Virus record (IMG/VR): IMGVR_UViG_3300032326_002451
Coordinates: 32,001 to 96,000 of that record
From: a virus
DNA length: 64,000 nt
Strand: one strand, 5' to 3'
Shown here piece by piece: positions 51,001 to 59,572 of the stretch (the first letter of the stretch is position 1; each line of letters starts with the position of its first letter). The notes beneath the pieces were generated by a model. It did no database searches. It worked only from the letters and a program-made list of their open reading frames with translations, and was not told the DNA's origin. The position numbers were made by a program, and so were the translations under genes.

Positions 51001-53892
51001 ATGTTGGATAGGTGCTAAAGATGGGAAGTTAAACAAATTGTTATAGTCAATACTCAATACAACATCTGACCCAGAGGTAAAATATTCTTGTCCTAAATCG
51101 TATTGATTATCATCATTTGGAGTTATTGCTGTAGAACCTAATGCTGATATGTTGTTAGCGTAACCTACAACACCTTTCATGTATATGACAGAGCTTCCGA
51201 ATGAAGAGCCACCAATCATATACCCGCTATCAACTAAAACTTTTGTTGGTCTTTCATACGGAGAACTTGTGATTTTTTGGTTTGTTCCAGCTAAATATTC
51301 TGTTGAAACATCAAAGTCAGTATGCTTAACAAAGTAAACACTTCCTCCAACTCCGGTCAATGTTGCTCTGTAAATACCATTGTATGAAGATGCACAAGAG
51401 TTGCCTGTTCCGATGTAAAATAGAACGTCTTCATTGTTAGAAATTAAGGTGTTATTTGAAATTTTAGTGGAAATTGCTGTTCCTGAACTGATTGGCAGTC
51501 CAGCAATTGTAGAGCTTTTGTATACAGCCTTAACTTTGTAGTTTTGATAGTCTTGAGTGTGCCAGCTAAAGTCAATTTCTTGTAAGAACGCACTACTAAG
51601 ATTATCAGTTGCAAAAAAACTATTAATGTTTTCTTTGCTTGGGTAATTTATTTCAGGAACATATATGTTTGCAAATTTTGAATTGGCATAAGTTGTAGAT
51701 CCATAAGCAGAAGTGTTTCTTGCGTATAGTACTCCTCCAATTTCATTTCTCATGTTTGGGGTAACTGTGAAAATATCTGTATTTGTGGATGTAATGTTTC
51801 TTAAGATATCTGCAGACCAAGTTACAAGAGAATCAGAGTAATTGAAAACAGCCTTTTGTGGTGATGATAAAGTTGCATCATATAGGCCATTTATTTTTTT
51901 GTTAGAAGTATTAACAAGAACTTTATCAGATGTATTTACACCTACTGAAAAATCATCCGGCGATATATAGACACTATTAAATTTATCTACCACAGTTGAA
52001 GAATCAACAGTTATTGTCGGTGCACTTGTTATATTGACAAATTCTACATCTGCAGTACCAGCTGATACATTATCTTCGTTTGAGTATAAGAAATAAGTAG
52101 CTCCAGTACCAGATGAGTTTGCAATTGAGCCATTTACAATCGAATAAAGAGAATAAAAACTCAATGCTTTAGTAGAACCTAATGCGCTACTACCAACAAC
52201 ATAAATACCATTTTGTGATTGTGTAGTGGTTTGATTGCTTACTAAAACTCTTTGAGAAATTGCTATACCACTATTTGCAAATTTAGAAGAATTTACGCTA
52301 TTAAAATTGTTTATCTCTGAAATAGTGATGTTTGAAACTGGTTCGTAAAAATAATGTGTGAATCTATTATCAACAGAGATACCATCTAAATTTAGCACAA
52401 AATTAGCATTGTAAGTTGTTTCTCTGTTCATATAAAAATAAGAACTACCGATAGAGCTTAGGCTATTTTTAGCACTTACAATATAGGGTGTTATTTCAGC
52501 AGCTGTATCAAAATTTGCGTGTCTTTTCCAAACAGATGTATTTCCAAGCCCAACACTGAAAATATTATATACACCACTGTACGCACTATTATAATGCTTG
52601 ACTAATATTTTTTCATTTGCTACAGTTAGTGTAGTAACACCAGTTCCAGAAACAATGTGTGAAGGTGCGCTTGTAAAAGTACCAGCATTACTTCCAAAAT
52701 CAAAAGTAAATGCAATGGCACTTGTGTTTGGTATTTCGTAGTACCAATCTGCAGCATATGAGCTGTAATAATGAGTAGCATCAACCCAGTCAGAAGCTAA
52801 AGTAGTAGCAATTCCAGGCGTTGAATCTGGAATAATTACTCCACTTTCTCCTCCACCACCCTCTTCATAAGCTGTCATTGCTGTAAAGTCTGAAGTAAGA
52901 TAATGGCGGTAATATTTACCACCAAAAGTGGTCCCAGTCATGACTTGAACACTTACTGGAATTTGTTTTGTAATATTATAAACTGCAAAATCCCAGAAAT
53001 TATCAATAGGGTCTGTACTTGTTCTTGTATCAACTATTGTATTTTTATTAGAAGCATATAAACTTGAAAGATAATATATGCCATTTTGAGATTTAGTAGT
53101 TTGATTTTTGACTAAAATTCTGTCATTTACTTCAAGTTCTACATTGTCAATAAAATTAGTTTGTGATGATAGTCCAGCTCCAGAAGATTGAAGATTTTCA
53201 GTCGTAGCAGCAACAACACTATTAAGTTGATAAATATTTGCCCTACTTACCCACTTTATAGAAGTAGTTCCAGCTCCCACAAATTGAAATGGACTATAAC
53301 CTGATAAATAAGAAAAATACGATGAAGCTCCAACACCAACAATTTTTCCAGCTGTGTAAATGTCTTCTCCAAGATGATATGAAAAACCTGAGCTTCCTGT
53401 TCCAGTTTTCTGAGCTAATATTTTATATAAACCATTCTCATTTTTTGTTGTTTGAGACTTAACTAAAATATTATTTCCTGAAGATATTTTGTATCCATCT
53501 ATATACAAAGGAGCAACTAATCTTTGTATGCCTCCCAAAGTTTCAAAAGACAAATTTAGATTAGTTGCTACATATGCGTTTGGCAATTGTTCGATATTGA
53601 ACGTATCGAGAGGTGTGATTCTAAATTCAAATCCTAAATCTTCTGTTATAGAGACTGCATCAGAAGATTTTATGACTGGAAATTCACTTCCACCTGTGTA
53701 AATATCTGCAAATGAATTATCTAACCAAATCTTTATATCTTCTACACTTGAGTTGATCCACTTAAGTTTAAAGATCCTTTTGCTCCATGAATTAGCCGTA
53801 GCTGTACCCATACCAGCAAAAGGAATCTCTTTATTTACTTCACTTTGTAAATCTGTAGTGCTTATTTCTGACCAAATCAGTGCGTGAGACAT
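48034..53892 (-). CDS. Giant fibre/decoration protein with ~10-12 'D.ILVK.Q....QNG.Y' modules
   Basis: For example NDRILVKNQTTKSQNGIYY, NDIILVKDQTNKKQNGIYS and GHRILVKNQDSNKSQNGVYVV...WARAEDL. Confidence 0.75.
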   Translation of the reverse strand: MSHALIWSEISTTDLQSEVNKEIPFAGMGTATANSWSKRIFKLKWINSSVEDIKIWLDNSFADIYTGGSEFPVIKSSDAVSITEDLGFEFRITPLDTFNIEQLPNAYVATNLNLSFETLGGIQRLVAPLYIDGYKISSGNNILVKSQTTKNENGLYKILAQKTGTGSSGFSYHLGEDIYTAGKIVGVGASSYFSYLSGYSPFQFVGAGTTSIKWVSRANIYQLNSVVAATTENLQSSGAGLSSQTNFIDNVELEVNDRILVKNQTTKSQNGIYYLSSLYASNKNTIVDTRTSTDPIDNFWDFAVYNITKQIPVSVQVMTGTTFGGKYYRHYLTSDFTAMTAYEEGGGGESGVIIPDSTPGIATTLASDWVDATHYYSSYAADWYYEIPNTSAIAFTFDFGSNAGTFTSAPSHIVSGTGVTTLTVANEKILVKHYNSAYSGVYNIFSVGLGNTSVWKRHANFDTAAEITPYIVSAKNSLSSIGSSYFYMNRETTYNANFVLNLDGISVDNRFTHYFYEPVSNITISEINNFNSVNSSKFANSGIAISQRVLVSNQTTTQSQNGIYVVGSSALGSTKALSFYSLYSIVNGSIANSSGTGATYFLYSNEDNVSAGTADVEFVNITSAPTITVDSSTVVDKFNSVYISPDDFSVGVNTSDKVLVNTSNKKINGLYDATLSSPQKAVFNYSDSLVTWSADILRNITSTNTDIFTVTPNMRNEIGGVLYARNTSAYGSTTYANSKFANIYVPEINYPSKENINSFFATDNLSSAFLQEIDFSWHTQDYQNYKVKAVYKSSTIAGLPISSGTAISTKISNNTLISNNEDVLFYIGTGNSCASSYNGIYRATLTGVGGSVYFVKHTDFDVSTEYLAGTNQKITSSPYERPTKVLVDSGYMIGGSSFGSSVIYMKGVVGYANNISALGSTAITPNDDNQYDLGQEYFTSGSDVVLSIDYNNLFNFPSLAPIQHFIAGDLTNKDTVDGDMLTVNRGRQLYTILDDPSVIYYYEIGDRAIYQDSNEDVWNNGLPNQVNGIYQIVHINPNTWTYYLRRVKQRVANGHIDHYKRLVIAPGDTIFDPAIHVVKAGTSDTYCWNEYNYPSLDVFVIDAQGNQTNFYNKVDYDVYPQFGYISPYSGFATSSTDTLYVYLYSDFDTPRYNEQSKSLLNRFYTVEQVLDNKYFINSGSAITLNKYTPDNIYFQISNATGLGTTTEAKYNTDRNHWYKAYDNSKSYKIDIDRIIEVSNVNEYFYTSRQSSDGYYKKVGSAFTASYFESNIYMPGTGETLGLFTGTVYLEKAISSGSGFTIDKWFQSLNLQANQNILLLNNNDSGLATTIQTSYYDDKNNLIQHNKSGKRDQKIYKFANLGYTPVTLSYNTNFTNPLTPLNVLYGAAKFFLHYNPNNTSRVNGDKSWYSYESVSVFSCNTSTGVAITDFSDFGGIINSYAPAINDIILVKDQTNKKQNGIYSVYSNPVYKLSRSGDFSSSSDLKSLGRVVYGNTTYELILPSAFYSIGSTSGNTAINWIKSGYGQTIDVKAVSSSVYSGLALTTAYPDATDGVTLAANDKVLLLSQAASNERYVGRFTQNIAPIYSRVLASGSTNTAGFSITSCYVTDLNSNKDYELYFDPSSTTLGSSDIDWFEQDKINNYTSCTKIIGSNTSLVSSFSDPSITLGQTILLLGQTNNTQNGIYKADSNISFYLTRHENLDESSEISIGKKCNVTSGLASTGYYALVYDETATPTIGSSSIYWAKVNLSNKLADCNCATTSSNVNINLSSPPSTIDGVILEKGHRILVKNQDSNKSQNGVYVVTGTGAEYAWARAEDLNADSELNPQLTVKVVNGTVNQDTVYRIKLGLPRTITYAQLTEYIIGTDSIEWVSVDKDGLFNSNPSTWQLLGADNSNAFYLGSAKIDKYSTANSNRFAIAVKIPTSDSLSNSNITSNGKVRNIKFKVEYKTVED

Positions 53893-53910
53893 TTGTAATC
53901 CATCTGAAAT

Positions 53911-55278
53911 TTATTTTCTTTGAGCTTCAGGACGATTGAAAATATCACTTGCTACTGCTGCAAGCTCTGATCTTTCTACCTTAGTTAAGGTGACAGAAGC
54001 AACAAGCGCATTTTTCTTTCCGCCAGAGATTGCATGAGCTAATCCATTAGACTTTGCATCTAAATAAGGATTTTCTACCTGAGAAAGATCGCCAAGTAAA
54101 ATTACTTTGGAATCTTTGCCACAACGCTCAATTACCATTCTTGCTTCTCTTGCTGTGATATTTTCAGCTTCATCAAGTATTATTATGGATCGAGGAATAG
54201 ATCTACCTTGAATAAAAGCCATTGCTTCAACTTCAATTATTCCATCACGGCACATTTCTTCAAATCTATTGTTAGCAGATAAAGATTTAGAGCCAAGAAT
54301 TTGATCAATATTATCTTTGATTGGACCTAACCATGCAGCAATCTTCTCAAATTTATCGCCAGGAAGTGCGCCAATATCTTTTCCGCCCACAGGAATCAAT
54401 GGTTTCATGACAACAATCTTGTCGTATAAGTCTTCATTGATCATTTGTAGTGCAGCAGCAAGTGCTAAAAATGATTTTCCAGTTCCAGCTTTTCCTGCTA
54501 ACGTAACCAAAGGAATAGACAAGTCAGTAAGAACCTCAAGCGCACATTTTTGCTCTAAGTTCTTTCCTTGGATGCCTGAATAACCTTTAGCTTCTTTAGC
54601 ATTTGATTTTTCTTTGAGTACTTTCAATACACCATTTTTATGATAAGTTGGGCATTTAGCATCACCAAACTCAAAAATAACAAACTCATTTGGATTTAAG
54701 TCTTTAGTTTTAGCTTGTAAATCTTGAGATAAAGATTCAATTAATACTTCATTAGTTGCCCATAGAGTAGTCCAGTCTGATTGAATTTCACATGGAACAA
54801 ATCTTACTCCAGTATACTCTCTGTCTTCTAATTGATCTGCTTTATAGTTTTCAGCAACACATCCCCAGGTAATTGCACGAATTCTTAAGCCTGTATCTTT
54901 TGTGATAATAGCTACTTTTTTTCTTGGATTAGCAGCTTTCAATGCCAAACAACATTCAATAATTGCATTATCTGAATGTACTTTTATAATATTAGGTCTT
55001 TCATTTTTCTGCAAAGGAGATTCGGTGTTATATACAAACAATCTGCCATTTTGTTCGTTTATTTTTACGCCTTTTAAAAGATCTGTAAGTGTGTAGTTTT
55101 CTAAATTTCTGAAAACTTCTCGAGCGCTCCATCCTACGCTTTCTTTTCTGGTTTTAATGTCATCTAAATCGTCAATCACAGCAAGTGGAACGTAGATGTC
55201 ATTTTCACCAAATTTATAGAGAGCAAGGGGATCATGTAGTAGAACGCAAGTGTCAATGATGTAAATATGCTTTGCCAA
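53911..55278 (-). CDS. phoH: PIN-PhoH (PhoH2/YlaK-like) ATPase
   Basis: PIN domain (IIDTCVLLHDP, DNAII, ITKD..LRIRA), GKAGTGKS, IQGRSI, ILDEAEN, LGDLSQ, ERS.LA. TTG start with GAGGAG. Confidence 0.92.
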   Translation of the reverse strand: MAKHIYIIDTCVLLHDPLALYKFGENDIYVPLAVIDDLDDIKTRKESVGWSAREVFRNLENYTLTDLLKGVKINEQNGRLFVYNTESPLQKNERPNIIKVHSDNAIIECCLALKAANPRKKVAIITKDTGLRIRAITWGCVAENYKADQLEDREYTGVRFVPCEIQSDWTTLWATNEVLIESLSQDLQAKTKDLNPNEFVIFEFGDAKCPTYHKNGVLKVLKEKSNAKEAKGYSGIQGKNLEQKCALEVLTDLSIPLVTLAGKAGTGKSFLALAAALQMINEDLYDKIVVMKPLIPVGGKDIGALPGDKFEKIAAWLGPIKDNIDQILGSKSLSANNRFEEMCRDGIIEVEAMAFIQGRSIPRSIIILDEAENITAREARMVIERCGKDSKVILLGDLSQVENPYLDAKSNGLAHAISGGKKNALVASVTLTKVERSELAAVASDIFNRPEAQRK

Positions 55279-55326
55279 ATTTTTGGTCTCCTCGCATGGT
55301 AATAGATCTTATGATCATAGTGTAAA

Positions 55327-55352
55327 TTTCTTTTCAACAAACCAGCAGTCCT
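55327..55352 (-). promoter_or_regulatory. Putative phage promoter AGG-N17-AAGAAA
   Basis: CAGGACT-N14-AAGAAATT upstream of phoH. Confidence 0.5.
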
Positions 55353-55354
55353 GT

Positions 55355-56341
55355 TTACAAAGGTAATACAGGCTTATCTTCTTCATCCAAATTGTCTTTT
55401 TCTTCATCCTGTATTTTGCTTATAAAGTCTGCCGCATTTTCATTTTCTACTATTTCAAAAGATCTCATGTTTAAAATGTTAGAAAGTTGCTGTTTGTCAA
55501 AATTTCTAAGCTGTTTTGTGTCAAGCCATTTAGTTTCTACAGTTTTTGTTTGTGCTTTCAATGATCCATCTCTAAACTTTCCTAAATCATTGAATAGATT
55601 ATTTTCGATATACTTGATTGCTGTGTCTAAATCAGTTGTTTCAAGTAAATCAAAATCATTATAGGAAACTGCTCCGATTGAACCCTGACTCAAAGCATTT
55701 CCATTTGGGTCTAATATTTTTTCTTCAGTTCGAATAAATGATAAGCTTGTTTTTGGAATACACAAATATATCTTGAATGGCAAAGAATATTCTATTTGAT
55801 CAGATGAAGTTAATCTCAAAACTTCATCTTCATCATTTACAATTGATAAAACCAATTTGTTTTTATCATCAATGACCCAATCCCATTCATAATTGTGTTC
55901 TTCGGTTTTTGGTATAAAAGCTGGCACTAACTTTAATTTTTCTTTATTTTCGCATATACTTAGAAACAATTGAAAGCCAATTGTATCTTCGGGTGTGCCT
56001 TTTCTAAATGTCCCAATTTTATTCCAATCAATTGCAAAGTCACTCGTTACATTTGTGATTTCAAATTCATCAAAATGACCCTGATCAAAAATTCTTCTCA
56101 ATAAAGGATCTTCTAAAATTCTTCTGGCTCTGACTAAATCTAAAAATAGTTCTTTAGAGCCTCCAAAGTCAGGGTGAGCTTTCCTTGCTTGTTTTCGGAA
56201 TGATTTTTCAATAATTTGTGAAATTTCTATTTTATTTTGTCGAGTTTTACTATCAGGTAGGTTTTCTTTTGAGATTCCTAAAATAGAATAATAATCCTTA
56301 CTGAAATCTATGATGTTTTTTGGATCAAATTCTTTGGACAT
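55355..56341 (-). CDS. J-domain protein with uncharacterised C-terminal domain
   Basis: DYYSILGI...FRKQARKAHPDFGGS...F..L..A..IL.D. ATG at 56341 preferred to the upstream TTG. Confidence 0.8.
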   Translation of the reverse strand: MSKEFDPKNIIDFSKDYYSILGISKENLPDSKTRQNKIEISQIIEKSFRKQARKAHPDFGGSKELFLDLVRARRILEDPLLRRIFDQGHFDEFEITNVTSDFAIDWNKIGTFRKGTPEDTIGFQLFLSICENKEKLKLVPAFIPKTEEHNYEWDWVIDDKNKLVLSIVNDEDEVLRLTSSDQIEYSLPFKIYLCIPKTSLSFIRTEEKILDPNGNALSQGSIGAVSYNDFDLLETTDLDTAIKYIENNLFNDLGKFRDGSLKAQTKTVETKWLDTKQLRNFDKQQLSNILNMRSFEIVENENAADFISKIQDEEKDNLDEEDKPVLPL

Positions 56342-56377
56342 ATTTTTTTTATAAAAGATTAATGAGAGAATCAAGAT

Positions 56378-57268
56378 ATGAATTTCCGCAAATTGGCTGA
56401 ATTAGCAAAACTACATGACGAAAAGCAAGATTATAAAATTGCTGATATGTTCACAAAAGTACTTAATAAATTTGCCCAAGAACAAACTCCTTTTGACATT
56501 ACAGAAGGAGAAGAGTCAAATGACCCTAAAACTGTTTTAGATTATTTCACTGGTTTTGCTTTTGACATGATTTCAAGAAAACCAAGTATTAGCAAAGATC
56601 AAGTAAAAGCAGAATTAGATAAAAAGATTGGCGAAAAATTAGAAAATCTGAGCAATGATGACAAAGCTAAATTATCAAACATCAAAGAAGATGTCGTTAA
56701 TGAACTTGAAAAAAATTCTTGGTACACGAAGTTATCTGATGTAAACGAAGATTATGGTCAAGCTATCGAGATTACAGGTGGACCTAAAGAGTTTTTAGAA
56801 AAACTTGGCCCAGCAGCACAGCAAGCATCTCAGAATGTTGATAATAATGTACCTGCTTCTATTATTCTTGCAATGGCTGCTTGGGAATCTGGTTGGGGTA
56901 AAAGCAAGTTGGCATCTGAGCATGGCAATTTCTTTGGTATTAAACAAAGTCCTACATCTGGAGCATCTTCTGGAGTATCAATGGGTACTTTTGAATTTAA
57001 TGGAGGCAAACATAGAGAAATTGCAGAGTTCGCAAAGTTTGAAAATGATGCTGTAGCTTCTATGTCAGCTCTTCCAAATTTCTTTACCAACAATAGAAGA
57101 TACACAGATGTCTTAAGAAGAGGTGAGATGTACAAAAATGACAAATCCACTTCTAATCTATTTTCTGTTGTTGATGCAATATTTAATGCTGGATATTCTA
57201 CTGATCCTGGCGAACCTGAAAATATAAAGAAATTAATTGTTAGATATAATCTTGGTAAATACGACTAA
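56378..57268 (+). CDS. GH73 glucosaminidase/muramidase (FlgJ-like) with N-terminal propeptide-like motif
   Basis: PASIILAMAAWESGWG, NFFGIK, T.E, AGYSTDP, YNL..YD. Confidence 0.85.
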   Translation: MNFRKLAELAKLHDEKQDYKIADMFTKVLNKFAQEQTPFDITEGEESNDPKTVLDYFTGFAFDMISRKPSISKDQVKAELDKKIGEKLENLSNDDKAKLSNIKEDVVNELEKNSWYTKLSDVNEDYGQAIEITGGPKEFLEKLGPAAQQASQNVDNNVPASIILAMAAWESGWGKSKLASEHGNFFGIKQSPTSGASSGVSMGTFEFNGGKHREIAEFAKFENDAVASMSALPNFFTNNRRYTDVLRRGEMYKNDKSTSNLFSVVDAIFNAGYSTDPGEPENIKKLIVRYNLGKYD

Positions 57269-57789
57269 TGTGGTACAAAACTGCAAAACAAAAAGTTAAC
57301 ACTTTTGGTTTACCAATATCAGGAAAAAACAGATTTAAGTTGTTTGCTGATGAAGAAGAAGCGCCTCAAGAAGATTTGCCATTGGAAGACGATAATGTTG
57401 AAGAGGAAGTGGATGAGCAAGGTATTGTAATTCCACCTATTGATCCAAAACCAGAAGAAGAAGTTACAATAGATGATCCAAATAATGATGGAGAATTCAC
57501 ACCAGAAGATTTACAAACCAATATAAGAGCCATGGAAGAAGATCCAACTATTGGTATCAAATTGCCTAAATCTGAAAATGGCGAAGGCGAAGATTTGCAT
57601 CCAAATTGTCACTGTAGAATCATCACATTGCCAATATTATCAAAAGTTGGTGTCCAAGAAGGTAGAAGAGTTTGGAAGCATTCTGAAAATTGTTGCGATA
57701 AATGTAGATTGACAGCTCAACAATTCAATCAAGCAGAAATTCAAAGATTATTGAACAAAGGTATTGATGTAAATGGTGTAGCCGCTTAG
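57268..57789 (+). CDS. Putative minor head protein with MuF-like HPNCxC motif
   Basis: LHPNCHCRI and W....CCDKC; acidic N-terminal half; MWYKTA start. Confidence 0.55.
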   Translation: MWYKTAKQKVNTFGLPISGKNRFKLFADEEEAPQEDLPLEDDNVEEEVDEQGIVIPPIDPKPEEEVTIDDPNNDGEFTPEDLQTNIRAMEEDPTIGIKLPKSENGEGEDLHPNCHCRIITLPILSKVGVQEGRRVWKHSENCCDKCRLTAQQFNQAEIQRLLNKGIDVNGVAA

Positions 57790-58323
57790 GTCTATATCAA
57801 TCTTTTTTCTTAAGATTTTCTTTGATGGCATCTTTACATTTCTGAGCTGAGACACTAATCTTTTTTTCATATAGTAAGACAAATCAGATCTATTTATTTC
57901 TCTGATCAATATCGTTTTCAATTGCGATATTTCAAAATCAGTGTGAAGATAACTATAAAATATTTCGTTTTCCAACTTGTCTAATTGTTTTTCATAAATA
58001 GAAAATTCTTTCATTGACAAATTGTAAAAAGTATTAATCAAGTAATATCTTATAGCATTATATTTTTTGACATTTAATGTTGATATGTCAGACATTTCTT
58101 TCAAATCAAAAAGAAAATCTATATTTCCCTTAATTTGAAATAATTCTCCATTTACTTTTATCAAGTACAACGCAACAATAGCTTCATTTTCAATAATTGA
58201 AATGATTGGTTGACCAGATATCAGATTTGTTTCTTCAAGAGTCTGAATATTATTAGGATTTTTGATGCCTAACATGTGAATATCTTGTTTGTTTTGTCTA
58301 ACAAAAGTCAAAAATGCTTTCAT
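57748..58323 (-). CDS. Hypothetical protein
   Basis: 191-aa ORF, ATGA coupled to the upstream gene. Confidence 0.6.
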   Translation of the reverse strand: MKAFLTFVRQNKQDIHMLGIKNPNNIQTLEETNLISGQPIISIIENEAIVALYLIKVNGELFQIKGNIDFLFDLKEMSDISTLNVKKYNAIRYYLINTFYNLSMKEFSIYEKQLDKLENEIFYSYLHTDFEISQLKTILIREINRSDLSYYMKKRLVSQLRNVKMPSKKILRKKIDIDLSGYTIYINTFVQ

Positions 58324-58925
58324 AATACAATATTTTCAATTATGGATTTATCTTCTGAGTAATTTGTAGAATCGCCCCATAAATTGATCCAGTAGTCTTT
58401 GAGTTTATTTTTCTTTGACATTGAAGAGCAAGTATCATATATTGTTGTTTTTATTTCAGTAAGAGCAAGTAATTTTTTATGACTTGCATTACGTTCTTCA
58501 TAAATCTTAAGTAATTCTTTATTTATATGATTTTTGTTCTTAATCATGAACTCAAAAATGATATCTTGTTCAAAAGGGTTGGCTCTGATTTTATCAATAA
58601 GAAAAACATAATCATTATGAAATGAATATAATTCTTCGTCAATCATATCAATCAATATTAGTCTTTTATTTTTGGGCATTATATAAATTTGAATAGGTGA
58701 TACTTTTACTTTTCTTATATTGGTAGTGTTTAAATGTTTGAAAAAAGATATATTTTTTGAATGAAGATATGAAAAAACACTTGGGATTTCTTCTAAATTT
58801 TTGAAATAAACCCAAGGATATTCTTCTTGATCAGCCAAAAAAGCTCTCAAACTTATAAGTATTTCAACTTTGTCGTTTTGAGAGCTTTCAGTGATAATTT
58901 TTTTTAGGTCTGCTACATTATTCAC
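58320..58925 (-). CDS. Hypothetical protein
   Basis: 201-aa ORF, GTG start. Confidence 0.6.
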   Translation of the reverse strand: MNNVADLKKIITESSQNDKVEILISLRAFLADQEEYPWVYFKNLEEIPSVFSYLHSKNISFFKHLNTTNIRKVKVSPIQIYIMPKNKRLILIDMIDEELYSFHNDYVFLIDKIRANPFEQDIIFEFMIKNKNHINKELLKIYEERNASHKKLLALTEIKTTIYDTCSSMSKKNKLKDYWINLWGDSTNYSEDKSIIENIVL

Positions 58926-58958
58926 AACGATAACTCTTAATTAAGTAAAATAGACGAA

Positions 58959-59246
58959 TTATCGTTTTTGATAGTTTTTTCCAAAAAGTTCATACACATT
59001 CTCTGAAACAATTTCTTGAAGTGTATCTTTTTTGGTATAGAGTCTTATGTTTGCAATTCCACCATATTTTTCTTCCATATGGTCTAAAACTCTTTTCACT
59101 TTTCTGTTTATTTCTAACTGAGAAGGATTGTAATTTCTTTGTTTTCTTAAAAGTCCTCTGACAGCAAATTCCGCATCCATTGCAAGTACTTTAAGTTCGT
59201 ACAATGGTCTTTGTTTGTTTTCTTCTACAGCTATTCTATACCACAT
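58959..59246 (-). CDS. Hypothetical basic protein (MWYRIA start)
   Basis: 95 aa; N-terminus resembles that of 57268 (MWYKTA). Confidence 0.6.
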   Translation of the reverse strand: MWYRIAVEENKQRPLYELKVLAMDAEFAVRGLLRKQRNYNPSQLEINRKVKRVLDHMEEKYGGIANIRLYTKKDTLQEIVSENVYELFGKNYQKR

Positions 59247-59250
59247 ATTA

Positions 59251-59481
59251 TTAGTCTATTTTAAAATTTGTAACCAACGCTTCATTAATAACAAAAGCAA
59301 CATTTTGACTTGGCACGTTGAATAAACAACTTGTCATTTTTTCATCTTTGTAGATGATGTGAAAATCTTTATTTACTATTAACACTCCCTCTATAGTGCT
59401 AATCGAAACAGCAGGATTGTAAGTTTGAATTTTCCACTTTCCAATTCCTCTGTTTTGAGAATTATTATCAATAACAGCCAT
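59251..59481 (-). CDS. Hypothetical protein
   Basis: 76 aa; SD AAGGGG; upstream AGG-N17-AATAAA site (59508-59533). Confidence 0.6.
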   Translation of the reverse strand: MAVIDNNSQNRGIGKWKIQTYNPAVSISTIEGVLIVNKDFHIIYKDEKMTSCLFNVPSQNVAFVINEALVTNFKID

Positions 59482-59572
59482 TTTTAAGTCCCCTTTAGTA
59501 ATTGTAATTTATTGCAAAATATCCTAATTACCTTTATCTATATCCTTATTCTTATCCTGTATAAGTAATTTC

